Source: Hyphochytrium catenoides
Lineage: Eukaryota > Protista > Hyphochytriomycota
Reading direction: 5' to 3'
Length of the DNA: 64,000 bases
NCBI GenBank assembly: GCA_900088475.1
Contig: FLMG01001570.1
Location: forward strand, 186,001-250,000
The position numbers and the translations under genes were made by a program. Below, in pieces: positions 49,401 through 60,196 of the stretch. Numbering within the stretch: the stretch's first letter is position 1; every line of letters begins with the position of its first letter. The notes below the pieces were generated by a model, which searched no databases, had not been told where the DNA came from, and worked only from the letters and a program-made list of their open reading frames with translations.

Positions 49401-51022
49401 TCAGCTGCCAGTTCTCAGGTGTACTTATGACACTACTAGTATCCAGCTTATCCGATAACACCTCTTTCCATGTACACTACTGCCAGGATGCTCTGCGTTA
49501 TCTGTACTTGACCGTGACCGCCACTTACCTCTGCCTCCACTGCGTACTCGGTGTAACGTGAGTATCCAGAACCCACAATGACCGGCTCCTTTATCCTCAC
49601 GCGCCAGAAGCACGATATGGTTTCCTCCTTTCGCGGAGCGACGTGGCCCTAGATAGACAGTTTGTAAGGCCCAGTACGAATAATTTAAGGGGCTCAGAGT
49701 GTGAGATAGAAGACGAGGAACAGACAGAACAAGGCGAAGGGCGAATCTAACTTTGAGAGATAGAAACAACCACGAAGAGGAAAGCAGTGAAAGCTAGCAG
49801 GATGGAAGTGCGAAAGCTGGGATATCCCTTGCTGAAGAGCTCCTACCACCATATCGTGAGGCTGCGAGTTCAGCATAAAATCTGCCAAAGGTAGGACTGT
49901 TCCAGCAGACGTGAGAGCAGAATGAGGTGCTCCGGTTCTCGAGCCTCTGATACAGGCGGTCTCCTTCATACCAATGCTGGGCCTGCTCAATCATTCTCTC
50001 TCTCCTAGTACCATGGGCTCCCCTCACTTTATCTCGGCCAAATTGGCCCAGCGTCCCAGCCCCACAGTGCCTCACCTTCTCCTGCCAAGATGGGCTCAAG
50101 GCTGCAGCTCCCTGTATCTTGGGCCAGGGCCACGAGCTTCATGGCCACGAACCAGCTCTCGCGGTTCAGACTCTCTACCGAGCGCCCACCGCAGGACAAG
50201 CGCCATATCTGGAAATCAGAAAACGGAGCGGCTTTGAATCAATATACTACTGCCTATCCCGTCTTTCCCTCGTTGCATACTCCGTAACATAGGATGAATC
50301 TGTCCTCGCTGAGGGTTGTTTAGAGTCTCTCTTGCCCTCCGTACCTTCTCCTTCCACTACATAGGGCTACAGCTAGTGGGCACCCTCCTCACTGTTCTCT
50401 GCCGTTCTTTGCCTTTCCTTCCTCTCCCCAAGACTCGTCACTAGAAGACGATCTATCAAGAAGATCCCGTAATCTCTCTCAGTCCAGGAAGAGGAGCCAG
50501 CATAAGCGGCCATCCTCCATCCTCCATCCAGCGCCGCTAGTTTGACGAGAGACCGTCCGCTCACCTCTCTGTTTACGTCGTTCGGCAGCCTCGCCCGCCG
50601 AATAAAGGCTGCGCCTTCTGCACCTTGTACGAGCCCATCGTCATCGCAATCAATCTGAGCGATGTACGAGGAGAGAGAGGACGCGCATGAGACAGTGCAA
50701 AGAGAGTACATTTGACCAGCGAGGTCAAGGCAGAGGGCATAGAAGGCTGGAGATGGCACAAAAGCACAGCAGACAGAGCCGGAGACGCCGGGAGAGAGTG
50801 AGAGCGAGTGCTACAGCGTCCCACCATTCTAAAGAGTCGAGTGTAGAGCATGACTTCCTCATCCCTGAAGCTCACTCTGGACCCGCAAAACTCTATGACG
50901 AAGCCGAGGTCGACTGGACTGGCAGGCACAGCAGCCTGCAAGGCTAGTGCGGCAACTTGAGGTGCCAAAGGAGCATCCTCCGGGGCTACAGGACCGGTAG
51001 GAGGAGCAACAGAGATCTCCAT
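46495..51022 (-). CDS. Sorting nexin with N-terminal EH domain (EH-PX-BAR)
   Basis: EH: YTRLFRM|IDCDDDGLVQGAEGAAFIRRARLPNDVNRE|IWRLS...[118 protein letters not shown]. Confidence 0.88.
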
Positions 51023-51360
51023 CCTCCCACTTAGCTCGCAGTGCCCCTATTTCTGTCTAGTAGTCCTCTCTTGGCCCTCTCTCCTTTCGACCTCGTATCA
51101 GCCTGCCTACATTGCCTCTGTTGCTGCGTCTATCTTCCGCCTTCTGGTCAGCATCAGCAGAAGGTATCGTTCTCTGTCCTACGGATCCAACCCCAGACAC
51201 AATTGAGCCAGAGCGGGAGCAGTCGTTGAGCAAGATAGCGGGGCACCAGCGCTTGGAGTCAGTCACTAAGAGAGGGCAAGTAGAGACTAGAGCTGGGAGA
51301 AGAGGTTGATCAGCAGCGCGAGAAGAGAGGGTGTTCTCTCTGTTGCATGGGGCTGCAGCC

Positions 51361-51655
51361 GCTGCTGCTGCTGCTGCTGCTGGGGAGAGGAGGTTGCAGT
51401 TTCTCTCTCTGGTTTTTCACTTTTCTCTTTTCTCACTTCATCATCAAGCGAAATGCTGTCTTTTGTGAGGGAGATGGCGGTAACGGCTAGTAAGCGGGGA
51501 AAGTTCTTCCTCTCTCTCCTTTCTCTCTCCTTTCTTTATCCTTTCTCTCTCTCTCTCTCTCTCTCTCACTCTCTCTCTCTCTCTCTCCCCCTCTCTCTTC
51601 CCTCTCTCTTTCGCTCGCTCTCTCTTGCTCTTTCGCTTTCTCTATCTCTCCCTCG
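51361..51655. repeat. (CTG)n and long (CT)n tracts in the SNX/SNRNP25 divergent intergenic region
   Basis: (GCT)~7 at 51361-51382 and a CT-rich run at about 51505-51655. Confidence 0.85.
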
Positions 51656-52005
51656 GCTCGTTCCTTCTTGGATCCTTGGGTGACACAGCCTCACCTCACT
51701 ATCCAGCACTTCTCATATATCCGGGTGGTTCCGCGCTTGAGAATCCTTCCTCACTCTGTCCAGCTCGGTGCTGCTCTCAAGTCCCTATCTTCCATTGGCA
51801 GCAGCAGTCAAGCTTTCCGTCCTGCCTTATAGTCGTTCTGTCTCTCTGTTTGTTTCCATCTCTGGTCCTCTCACCCCTCTAGGCCTCCCCACCCATGCTC
51901 TCTTCCTCGCCGCTGTTTGCCCTGGTAAACCATCAAAACTCGGTCAGGATGAGATGAGGAACCTGGAGGAGCTGGGCAGCTAGAGGCAGATTGGACGGGG
52001 GCCAG

Positions 52006-53362
52006 ATGGCAGGAATCGAGGCGAGAGAGAAGAATCAGCCGCCTCTCCCCCTTTCGTCCTCAAGTGAGCGGGGGGGAGGGGTAGAGCCTAGCGACGAGGA
52101 GCTGCGGGCAGCCGTGGCACAAGGCAGGGAGCTGCTGAAAAAGCTGTTGGCAGGTGATGATCTGTGGCCCCTATTTTGCCTCTCTTAAGCAGACCTAAAG
52201 GGTGGAACCGTGATCGGAGCCTCAGTCGCTCCAGTTGGCACTGCTGAACCATCATTCACTCCTTTGCCGCATTGTCCATCTTCGCGACGGTCTCTCTCTC
52301 TCTCTTTTCTCTCTCCATCTCTCTCTCTCCCTTCATTGATGTCTCACCTTCTCGCTGCACAGATCCACTCCTAGAGGATTTCTCCGTAGACCTCTCTCCC
52401 ACGCATCTGGACGAGGCGTTGGCTTATGAGACGGAGGGAGGCCTCAGAGTGAGAGTGCGGCGCTTCGATGGCATCATTCTAGGTCAGTTTCTGCTCTTCA
52501 AGGGGCAGAACCACGGCAAGAAGAGAGATGAAGAGGAAGAGAAGATGCTATGCTCTCGGACAAGGTCCTAAGATATGGGTAGCACATGGCAGAGAGACAC
52601 GGAGGAAGAAAAAGATCTACAGAAGAGACTCCAGGCAGCCTGGAAGAGAGGAATCTAGGCAGAGGATGTGAAGGAAGGCCAGGAAGAGCTGTTTATCTGA
52701 CGCACTTTTGACAGAGCTGAACCTTCTAAAGAGCGCGACGGTGAAGGATCTGAAGCGGGCACTGGAACGTAGGATTGACAAGATGAATGAAGGAACTATG
52801 GGCGCGAGAAGGATCTCCTGGTCAGCTTCTGTCTGCAGCCTTTGCTCTCATGCTTAGCCCTTCGGAGCTCTGCCAATCTATCTCCCTATCACTTTCCTTG
52901 CATGGATCTCTTTCCTCCATCTTCCATCGTCACTTTCTCTCAAGATCTCTCGACTCTTGTTGGGACTAGTATCTGCTCTAGATACTCTGCCTGTGTTAGG
53001 ACAAGCCGGTTCGTCTTCTGCATTCTTCAGGCTCGATCATCAAACTTTCGCGTCATTGGGAGCACTTCCTGATTCTGACATCCTCCTTAAGTAGCTCTGC
53101 TCCTCCTCCCAGTTATCCTTTCCCGAAAGCGCCTCTTTCTTCACAGAGTAACATCAATGGACTCTTGTTCAGGCGCTATGTGTGGCAGAGGTGGCAGCTA
53201 AGCTGCAACGGACGACCCTTGAGTCGAGATAGCGACCATCTCCAAGTCTATGGCGTCACTCACAACTCAGAAGTCACCTTCTTCCACCTAGCCCCAACCA
53301 AGAAAAGACGGAGACAGGAAGGAATGCCTGAGCAGCAGCGACCGCTGCTATGGAGACCATAG
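52006..53362 (+). CDS. SNRNP25: U11/U12 snRNP 25 kDa protein (minor spliceosome, ubiquitin-like fold), 4 exons
   Basis: Spliced DPLLEDF...ALAYETEGGLRVRVRRFDG...SATVKDLKRALER...RISW|RYVWQRWQLSCNG...LQVYGVTHNSEVTF follows the SNRNP25 pattern (DPLL, SATV.DLK.A, ISW.YVW, YGI.N..EV.F). Confidence 0.85.
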
Positions 53363-53557
53363 AGACTAAAAGATAGAGGAAAATCACTGCCATAGTCGAC
53401 AGGAAATATAGAGAGATAGGAGTGTGGCCACTAGCCTCCAGCCTATAAGAGACACGGACGTTCAGAGGTGGCACAACCAAAGATTGAGGAAGAAGAGCTG
53501 GCGGTCGGTGTCGAGCACGAGGCCAGTCATAAATAATTGTACTGTTATCAGAGGGCT

Positions 53558-54064
53558 TCACTCCTCTGCCTCATCTGGAATCCGGAACTTCTTCTGCTCC
53601 TCCCAGAACTTTAGCCTCTCTTCTCCTTCTAATGCCCCCTCTAGTCTGCTCGAATGTTCTGCGCCATCATCTGCATACCAGAGCGCGATCACATCTCCTT
53701 CACTCGGGTTACCATTTTCATCCTTAAAGCCATTCTTGTCCCTCAGATATATGGGAGGACCAACCTCTAGAAGGCGGCGCTGCTCAGCCTTGCAGGTAGT
53801 CTCTTGCAGAAGCTTGACATATCTTGAAGCCCAGGGAGATACGCAGTTAGAGATATTGGTCGTGCTGTTGCTCGTTGCCTTAATGCGCCCTTACCTTTGA
53901 AACTGCGTCTTCCGCAAATACTCTGTACAGTTCAGGCAGTAGGGAGAGGGCAGCCAGGGCCCATCGTCCTTCAGCTTGTACTCAACATATAGACCGCTAT
54001 CCTCGGTAATTTCTTCCATGCACACTGCACACTCAGCATCCTCAGCAGGTTTCCCGTGAGCCAT
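53558..54064 (-). CDS. Small uncharacterised protein with CxxC...CxxC (probable Zn-binding), 2 exons; missed by ORF track
   Basis: MAHGKPAEDAECAVCMEEITEDSGLYVEYKLKDDGPWLPSPYCLNCTEYLRKTQFQR|YVKLLQETTCKAEQRRLLEVGPPIYLRD...VIALWYADDG...LEGALEGEERLKFWEEQKKFRIPDEAEE*; one GTAAG..CTAAC..AAG intron. Confidence 0.8.
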
Positions 54065-54603
54065 CCTGCAGGCTGGAGCACTGAAATTCCTCAGCTTCTC
54101 TCAGAGTCCGCACTGTCTTAAGCAACTAACCAGCCAGCGTCAAACGGGTGCAGCTTCTTCAGCCAAGGCCAGACCGGACAATAGGTTTAGAAGACTTCTA
54201 GGAAGTCTAAAGAAGAAAGATGCTTGCCGTCCTGCGAGCCGCTCCTCCCGACAGCTCTTTTGACCTCGCCAATTAGTCTTTGACGTCCTAACGCTTCGGT
54301 CCCTCAGGTCCCAACTCCTGAGCAAGAAATGATCCACATCCAGCATTCAAGCCCACATTTTCCTAACCGCTAACGTACATGTTGGTGCCGCTAACGGCTC
54401 TCTGGTGCTTCTGATCTGCAGTGAATCGAATGGTCATCCCATCGGCTTTCCAGGGATCAGAATCCTTATCATCGCCCTCGCTCGGTCAGTGCAGAGATCA
54501 GGAAACGTCGCGGATAAGCATCATAAGCTCAGACGGGCGGTATCTATAGTCGCAGCGCGCCCTGTCAGAGAGGCGTGAGAAGGCTTTCTTCCTGCTCACA
54601 GCA

Positions 54604-56643
54604 ATGGACCAGCAGAAGAACGGTGAGGGATCAGTTCCGGCCGTGGCCGCCCAGGCTGTGTTGGTCCCGTCCGTGGACTTGAAGCAAAGTGGCGCGCAAG
54701 AAGTTCGCGGGTAAGGAGCTGATGATCCCCTTTTTGGTTAAGAAGTATTATGGAGCTGAGCCTGTTCCTCTTCTTTCAGATATGACTTCAACCAGGGAGT
54801 GGACTACACGAAGCTCCTTGACCAATATCAGAGGATCGGCTTCCAGGCCACAAACTTTGGAGCAGCAGTAGAAGAAGTGAATAAGATGGTAAGCCATTCC
54901 ATCTCGCTTGACTCCACGCGACCATTCTAGCTCATCAACAGTCTCTTTTCAGCGCAGTTGGCGTCTAAGCCACGAGCCAGTGGCAGTGGACGAGGATGAG
55001 GAGCTCCAGGAGATGTCCGCTCGTGAGCGCGTGAAGTGCACCATATTCTTCTCCTACACTAGCAACCTGATCTCTTCCGGCCTCAGAGAGATCATCAGGT
55101 TCCTTGTCCAGCATAAAATGGTCAGTCCTAAAAGGGACAGAGAGATTGTGGCTCTCGGGTCAGTTTCAGCCTGTGCGCTGCCTGTCTACCAGCTGCAACA
55201 GAGCTCATGCTTCTCTCGACTCTCAGACCTAAATACGTCTATCGCTCTAACTATAGCGTCCCATTCTTTCGTTCTATCCTAATTCTCAGTGCTTTTCGTG
55301 CGACGTTGTTCAACCGCCTAGAAGTTCTTAGATAGACCTTCGATGTCATTTCTTGTTGAGCAGACTCCTCCCAGTTGCGCTGTCTGTTGCGCTAAAAGCT
55401 TTTACCGTCTCTTATCCTTGGAATCGTTAGGTGGATGTACTCGTCACGACAGCCGGTGGCGTCGAGGAAGACCTTATCAAGTGCCTGGCCCCAACTTTCA
55501 TTGGAGACTTCTCCCTAAAGGCAAGCTCCTAGTGGCGAAGCTGCGGGACTATATTCCGAGCTGACAGCTCTCTACTAACTATTACAGGGAGAAACGTTGC
55601 GGCAGCAAGGGTTAAACCGCATTGGGAACCTCCTTGTCCCGAACCAGAACTATTGTCTTTTTGAAGATTGGATCACCCCTATCCTGGATGCGATGGTGGA
55701 AGAGCAACAGGCAGAGGTGACCACTCTCTAAGACGCTAGCTCGGTCTTCGGGTCTGATAAACTTGTCCTCAGGGAACATTGTGGACCCCATCCAAGATGA
55801 TCCGGCGATTGGGGCGTGAGATTAACAATGAGGAGTCCGTCTACTACTGGGCATACAAGGTGAGGACCGAACATCAGTAGAGGCTTAGATCAACCTCTAC
55901 CCCTTAGTCTAACCTTACTTTGTCTCTTCTCTTCCGTCTTGCAGAATGACATTCCAGTATACTGTCCAGCCCTTACGGACGGCTCCATAGGAGACATGAT
56001 GTACTTCCACAGCTATAAGAAGCCAGGCCTTGTCCTCGACATTGTCAGTGATATCCGAGCGATTAACGACATCGCCATCCACTCAAGAAAGACGGGGATG
56101 ATCATTTTAGGTATAGCTCTCACTCTTCTTCAAGGGTTGCAAGAGTGAGCTGACAGTTCTCTCTACAGGTGGCGGGGTCGTGAAGCATCACACTTGCAAT
56201 GCAAATCTCATGCGAAACGGTGCGGACTTTTCCGTGTACATTAACACCGCGCAGGTAATCCTATTGACCTACGAGAGGACTCGGCATATAGAGAGGGGAT
56301 AATGAGCAGAGAGATCGGTGACAGCTTAGCAGCACATGAGGAGGAGGTGAGGGCAGCGGGAAACATGGCGAGGAGAGGCTTATCAATATGAAGCCAACCA
56401 TCGAGAGGCAATGACGCTGGCGCTGTAGGAGTTTGATGGCAGTGACGCTGGGGCACGACCCGACGAGGCGATTTCCTGGGGCAAGATTCGTGGGTCCGCC
56501 AAGCCGGTGAAGGTTAGTAAGTAAGTATGCTAGCCTTTACGATGCACTAAGGCCCTTGGATGCAGGTTCACGCTGATGCGACGCTGGTCTTCCCTCTCCT
56601 CGTGGCACAAACCTTCGCAAAGGGGCTGTCCACGCATTCCTGA
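54604..56643 (+). CDS. DHPS: Deoxyhypusine synthase, 10 exons
   Basis: [80 protein letters not shown] (catalytic Lys intact), [11 protein letters not shown]. Confidence 0.97.
55521..55587 (+). other. GC-AG intron in DHPS
   Basis: AAG|GCAAGC...CTAAC...TTACAG|GGA restores the conserved GDFSLK|[14 protein letters not shown]. Confidence 0.9.
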
Positions 56644-57542
56644 CGCTCACACACCTTTATTTATTGCGAACACAATGGCATAACCCGCCGCCCCTGGTAA
56701 ATTCTCAGATGCATCAGCTGTTGCCGGCAGACTTGCCGTATGACAGTGTCAGGCTCCACTAGAGCTTTAGCGAAAGCTTCTGATTCCGTCAGAGCTCTTT
56801 CTTAGGCGCAACACTAATTGGGCCATCCATAGTTAACAGCTCTCAACGTTAGGATAGCGGCATTTGGCAAGTTGCTAAGCTGTATCTTACCATCTCCCGC
56901 ATCGCCAGCTACTAAGACAGCGCTATAGCCTTCACGTGCGTGAACCTTAGAACTATCCCCTGTGTCCCCTCCAGCTTCCCTGCTGCTGCCGCATTGAACT
57001 GGCCTCTCTGTTGCTATGACTAGAACCTCCAGGCGTGAGCTGCTCGATGTTCAGAGAGACGGCTGCCTGCCCTGTAGATGGTGGTGAAGTTAGCAAAGCC
57101 TCAGCTACCAGCATCATAACCCTAGTCCTGGGGGACTCAGAAGATCAATTACTATATGCCTATAATAAAACGAGTGGATCCGTTTTTTTGTGAGCCGCTA
57201 ACGTCCAGCCCCTGCCACCTGTTCTGTACCGTTGTTTGCCTTGATCCCTCCCTGTTATTAGACTGGGGCAGCTCCCCCGTCAACCGACGCTCCGCGGCAG
57301 ATGGGGCTGTAGGCTCGTTTGGCTGCAAGAAGGGAAGATAAGAGGAGATGCGCTGCCTCCGACGCTTCTGGATAGAGACACGAACATCAAAGGATTTGCC
57401 AAGCCATAGCGCGCCGCGCTGAGCTGAGTATCGCCCTCTCCAAACTGATCGCCACCAAGTGAAGGGAACTCTTACTCATACTTCGTGTTATCACTCTGGA
57501 GCCACCACCTTAGCAACCCAGTTCCCCGTCACAACCTTAGCC

Positions 57543-59753
57543 ATGAAGCTCAAGAGGTTTCTCCTGCGCTACTATCCCCCAGGTGTGCACGTTGAAGCAG
57601 AAAGAGAGTTTATCTACGCACCGTGAGCATTGACCTCTTCCCTCTGTCTATAGGTATTATACTAGAATATGAACTTCGGGACAAGACACGAGAGATGAAG
57701 ACCATCGACCTGTTGCACTTAACAGCAGAGTACGTCTGACACCCTAGCTCCCATTACTCTAGCGTCAATACTGACTGGTTGACCGCAGAACGGACATCGA
57801 TGTTCTGACCAACCAGATTGTGTTTGAGGAGCCGCTTATCTCAGAGAACAGAAAGCCCCAGTTGCGCAAGCTGTTGTCAAGTGAGTTTACTCCCTCATTT
57901 TGCAGCGTGAATCTGCTGGCTCATCGCGCTGCTTGTACTGGTAGAGCTGATTGAGAAGATTGACTCGAATGAAAGCAACGACTTTTACCTCTTCAAGATA
58001 CTGCGGGCTCACATTCTCCCCCTCACAAACTGCGCCTTTAATAAGAGCGGAGACAAGTGAGTGCTCCTAATGTTGCTTGTCTGCCATCCTCACCTTCGGG
58101 TGTCCCTTGGCTCACCTTTCAGTGCTCTCTCCTCCACCCCTTTCCTCTCTCTTTCTTCCCTGTTCTCTCGTTTTGCGCATAAGATCCCGCGTCTATTCAG
58201 TTGCGGTTCACTTCTTTTCCTGAGTTGCTGTGGCCCAGGGTTTGGCCTGCTATTCCCTCTTCACTTCGTGCTTGTAGTCCGTTCCTTCCACTGACGGCTT
58301 AAACGGGCCAGGTTTATTACTGGTAGCTACGATCGTACTTGCAAAGTGTGGGACACCCAGACTGGAGACGAGTTGTTGACTTTGGAGGGCCATAAGAACG
58401 TTGTGTACGCAATCGCCTTCAACAACCCCTATGGGGACAAGATCATCACTGGATCCTTTGATAAGACTTGCAAGGTGGGCGGTTGTATTGTTCTCTCGTT
58501 GATGTTTATCAGTCAAATTATAAGTGGCCTGTCAATGGTGTGTCGAGTCTGCCTCCCAGTAGCTTTTGATGGGCTTCTGTCCGCACTCCTATCCTCGCTT
58601 CAGTCAAATTTTCACTCCTTTGACTCGTCATTTCTATGTTCCAGCTCCTCCTAAATCTCTTTCGGGTCTGATAAATGTCGTTGTGCAGCTGTGGAATGCT
58701 GAGAATGGGCAGCTGTATCACACCTACCGTGGCCATGCCACAGAGATAGTCTGCCTTTCCTTCAACCCTCAAGGTACCACCATCGCTACTGGCTCAATGG
58801 ACAACACAGCCAAGCTGTGGGACGTAGAGACGGGGGCTGAACTTCACACACTCCTGGTATGAACTGGTTTGCAGCGTCTAAATAAACGTCAAAGGATTGA
58901 CACTGGTTCAATAGGGACACACTGCGGAGATTGTTAGTCTTAATTTTGACTCTCATGGAGATCGGATTATCACGGGCTCGTTTGATCACACTGTGAAGGT
59001 CTGGGACGTCAAAAGCGGAAGGTGAGTAGCTCCTGCACTGCTGCTCGATGCAGCGGCAATAACTAAGTCTCCCCGCATCAGATGCATACACACTCTGTCA
59101 GGGCACCATGGCGAGATTTCTAGTACCCAGTTCAACTATACAGGAGACCTCTGCCTCAGTGGCTCTATTGACCGCACAGCCAAGATCTGGGACGTCGCCA
59201 GCGGGCAGTGCGTGCAAACACTTCGCGGTCATAATGACGAGATACTGGATGTTAGCTTCAACTGCACAGGCTCAAGATTAGTAACTGCATCTGCTGACGG
59301 GACCTCACGGGTGTACAACACTATGACCGGTGCCTGTCAGGCAATTCTCATAGGCCATGAGGGAGAAATTTCCAAGGTAGGTAGGCCTTCTGCCTTCCGC
59401 TAATTACTTTTGAAGCCTTTCCTCCGACAAGGCATAGCTTGCCCCTACTGTTCAGGATAGCCATCTAATCAATGCCATCTCCCAGGTCTGCTTCAATCCT
59501 CCGGGATCTAAGATAATGACCGCCAGCAGTGACAAGACGGCAAGAATCTGGGAAGTGGAGACGGGAGATTGCTTGCAGGTAACACATGAGTTCACATGGC
59601 ACGTCGCGAGTGATAGCTCCTCGTCTAAAGAAGTACTGCTTTCAGGTGCTAGAGGGGCATACAGATGAAATTTTCAGCTGTGCATTCAATTATGAGGGCG
59701 ACACAATCATTACAGGGTCAAAGGATAACACCTGCAGAATCTGGAAATGCTAA
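57543..59753 (+). CDS. DAW1: Dynein assembly factor with WD repeats 1 (WDR69/ODA16), 10 exons
   Basis: [73 protein letters not shown], a WD40 series ending [15 protein letters not shown]. Confidence 0.97.
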
Positions 59754-59969
59754 AGCAGACATAGCTGCGAGCTGGCAGAGAGCAACTATGATGAAAATTG
59801 CCTAACAATAAATCTGCCACAATACTCCTGCCGTCCATTGCGCCCCAGAGTTTGGGGTCTGCTCGGGTTATTCTTCATTGGAGCACGTGCATTAAATCTT
59901 GAAATGATCCAATTCTTCCTTCCAAGATTGACACCGGTTGATCATCCTGCCAAGGTCTCTCCTTTTCAG

Positions 59970-60196
59970 CTAGTGACCTGACATGGGGGATATCACATCC
60001 CAAACGCTACCATCGCAAAGAGTGAGACGACAGCGCTCTTCTTCTATTCAACACTAACCTACCTATGGTCCGGGGCGCTCTGTAGTCCTACGTAAACTGT
60101 CAAAGGGATGGCGCCCCAGTATACAATGGGCTTCAAATAGCTCAGCGCAGTCCCCGTAATGCTCTGAAGGGTTGACTTGGAAACAACGGCCCCCAT
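59970..60196 (-). CDS. TOM7: Mitochondrial import receptor subunit TOM7 (~56 aa, 2 exons); missed by ORF track
   Basis: MGAVVSKSTLQSITGTALSYLKPIVYWGAIPLTVYVGLQSAPDHS|VWDVISPMSGH*; the (Y/W)G.IP...Y.G TM motif and terminal SP match TOM7; intron 60008-60062. Confidence 0.8.

Noticed and set aside
56700-57480. Possible minus-strand gene between DHPS and DAW1 (donor-like GATG|GTAAGA near 56890)
   Set aside because: Candidate frames stop early and no coherent spliced ORF could be built.
19597-59862. Identical 16-mer agagtttggggtctgc upstream of ATP4 (about 19597) and downstream of TOM7 (about 59847), both mitochondrial genes
   Set aside because: Roughly one 16-bp match is expected by chance within 64 kb, and position and orientation relative to the genes differ.
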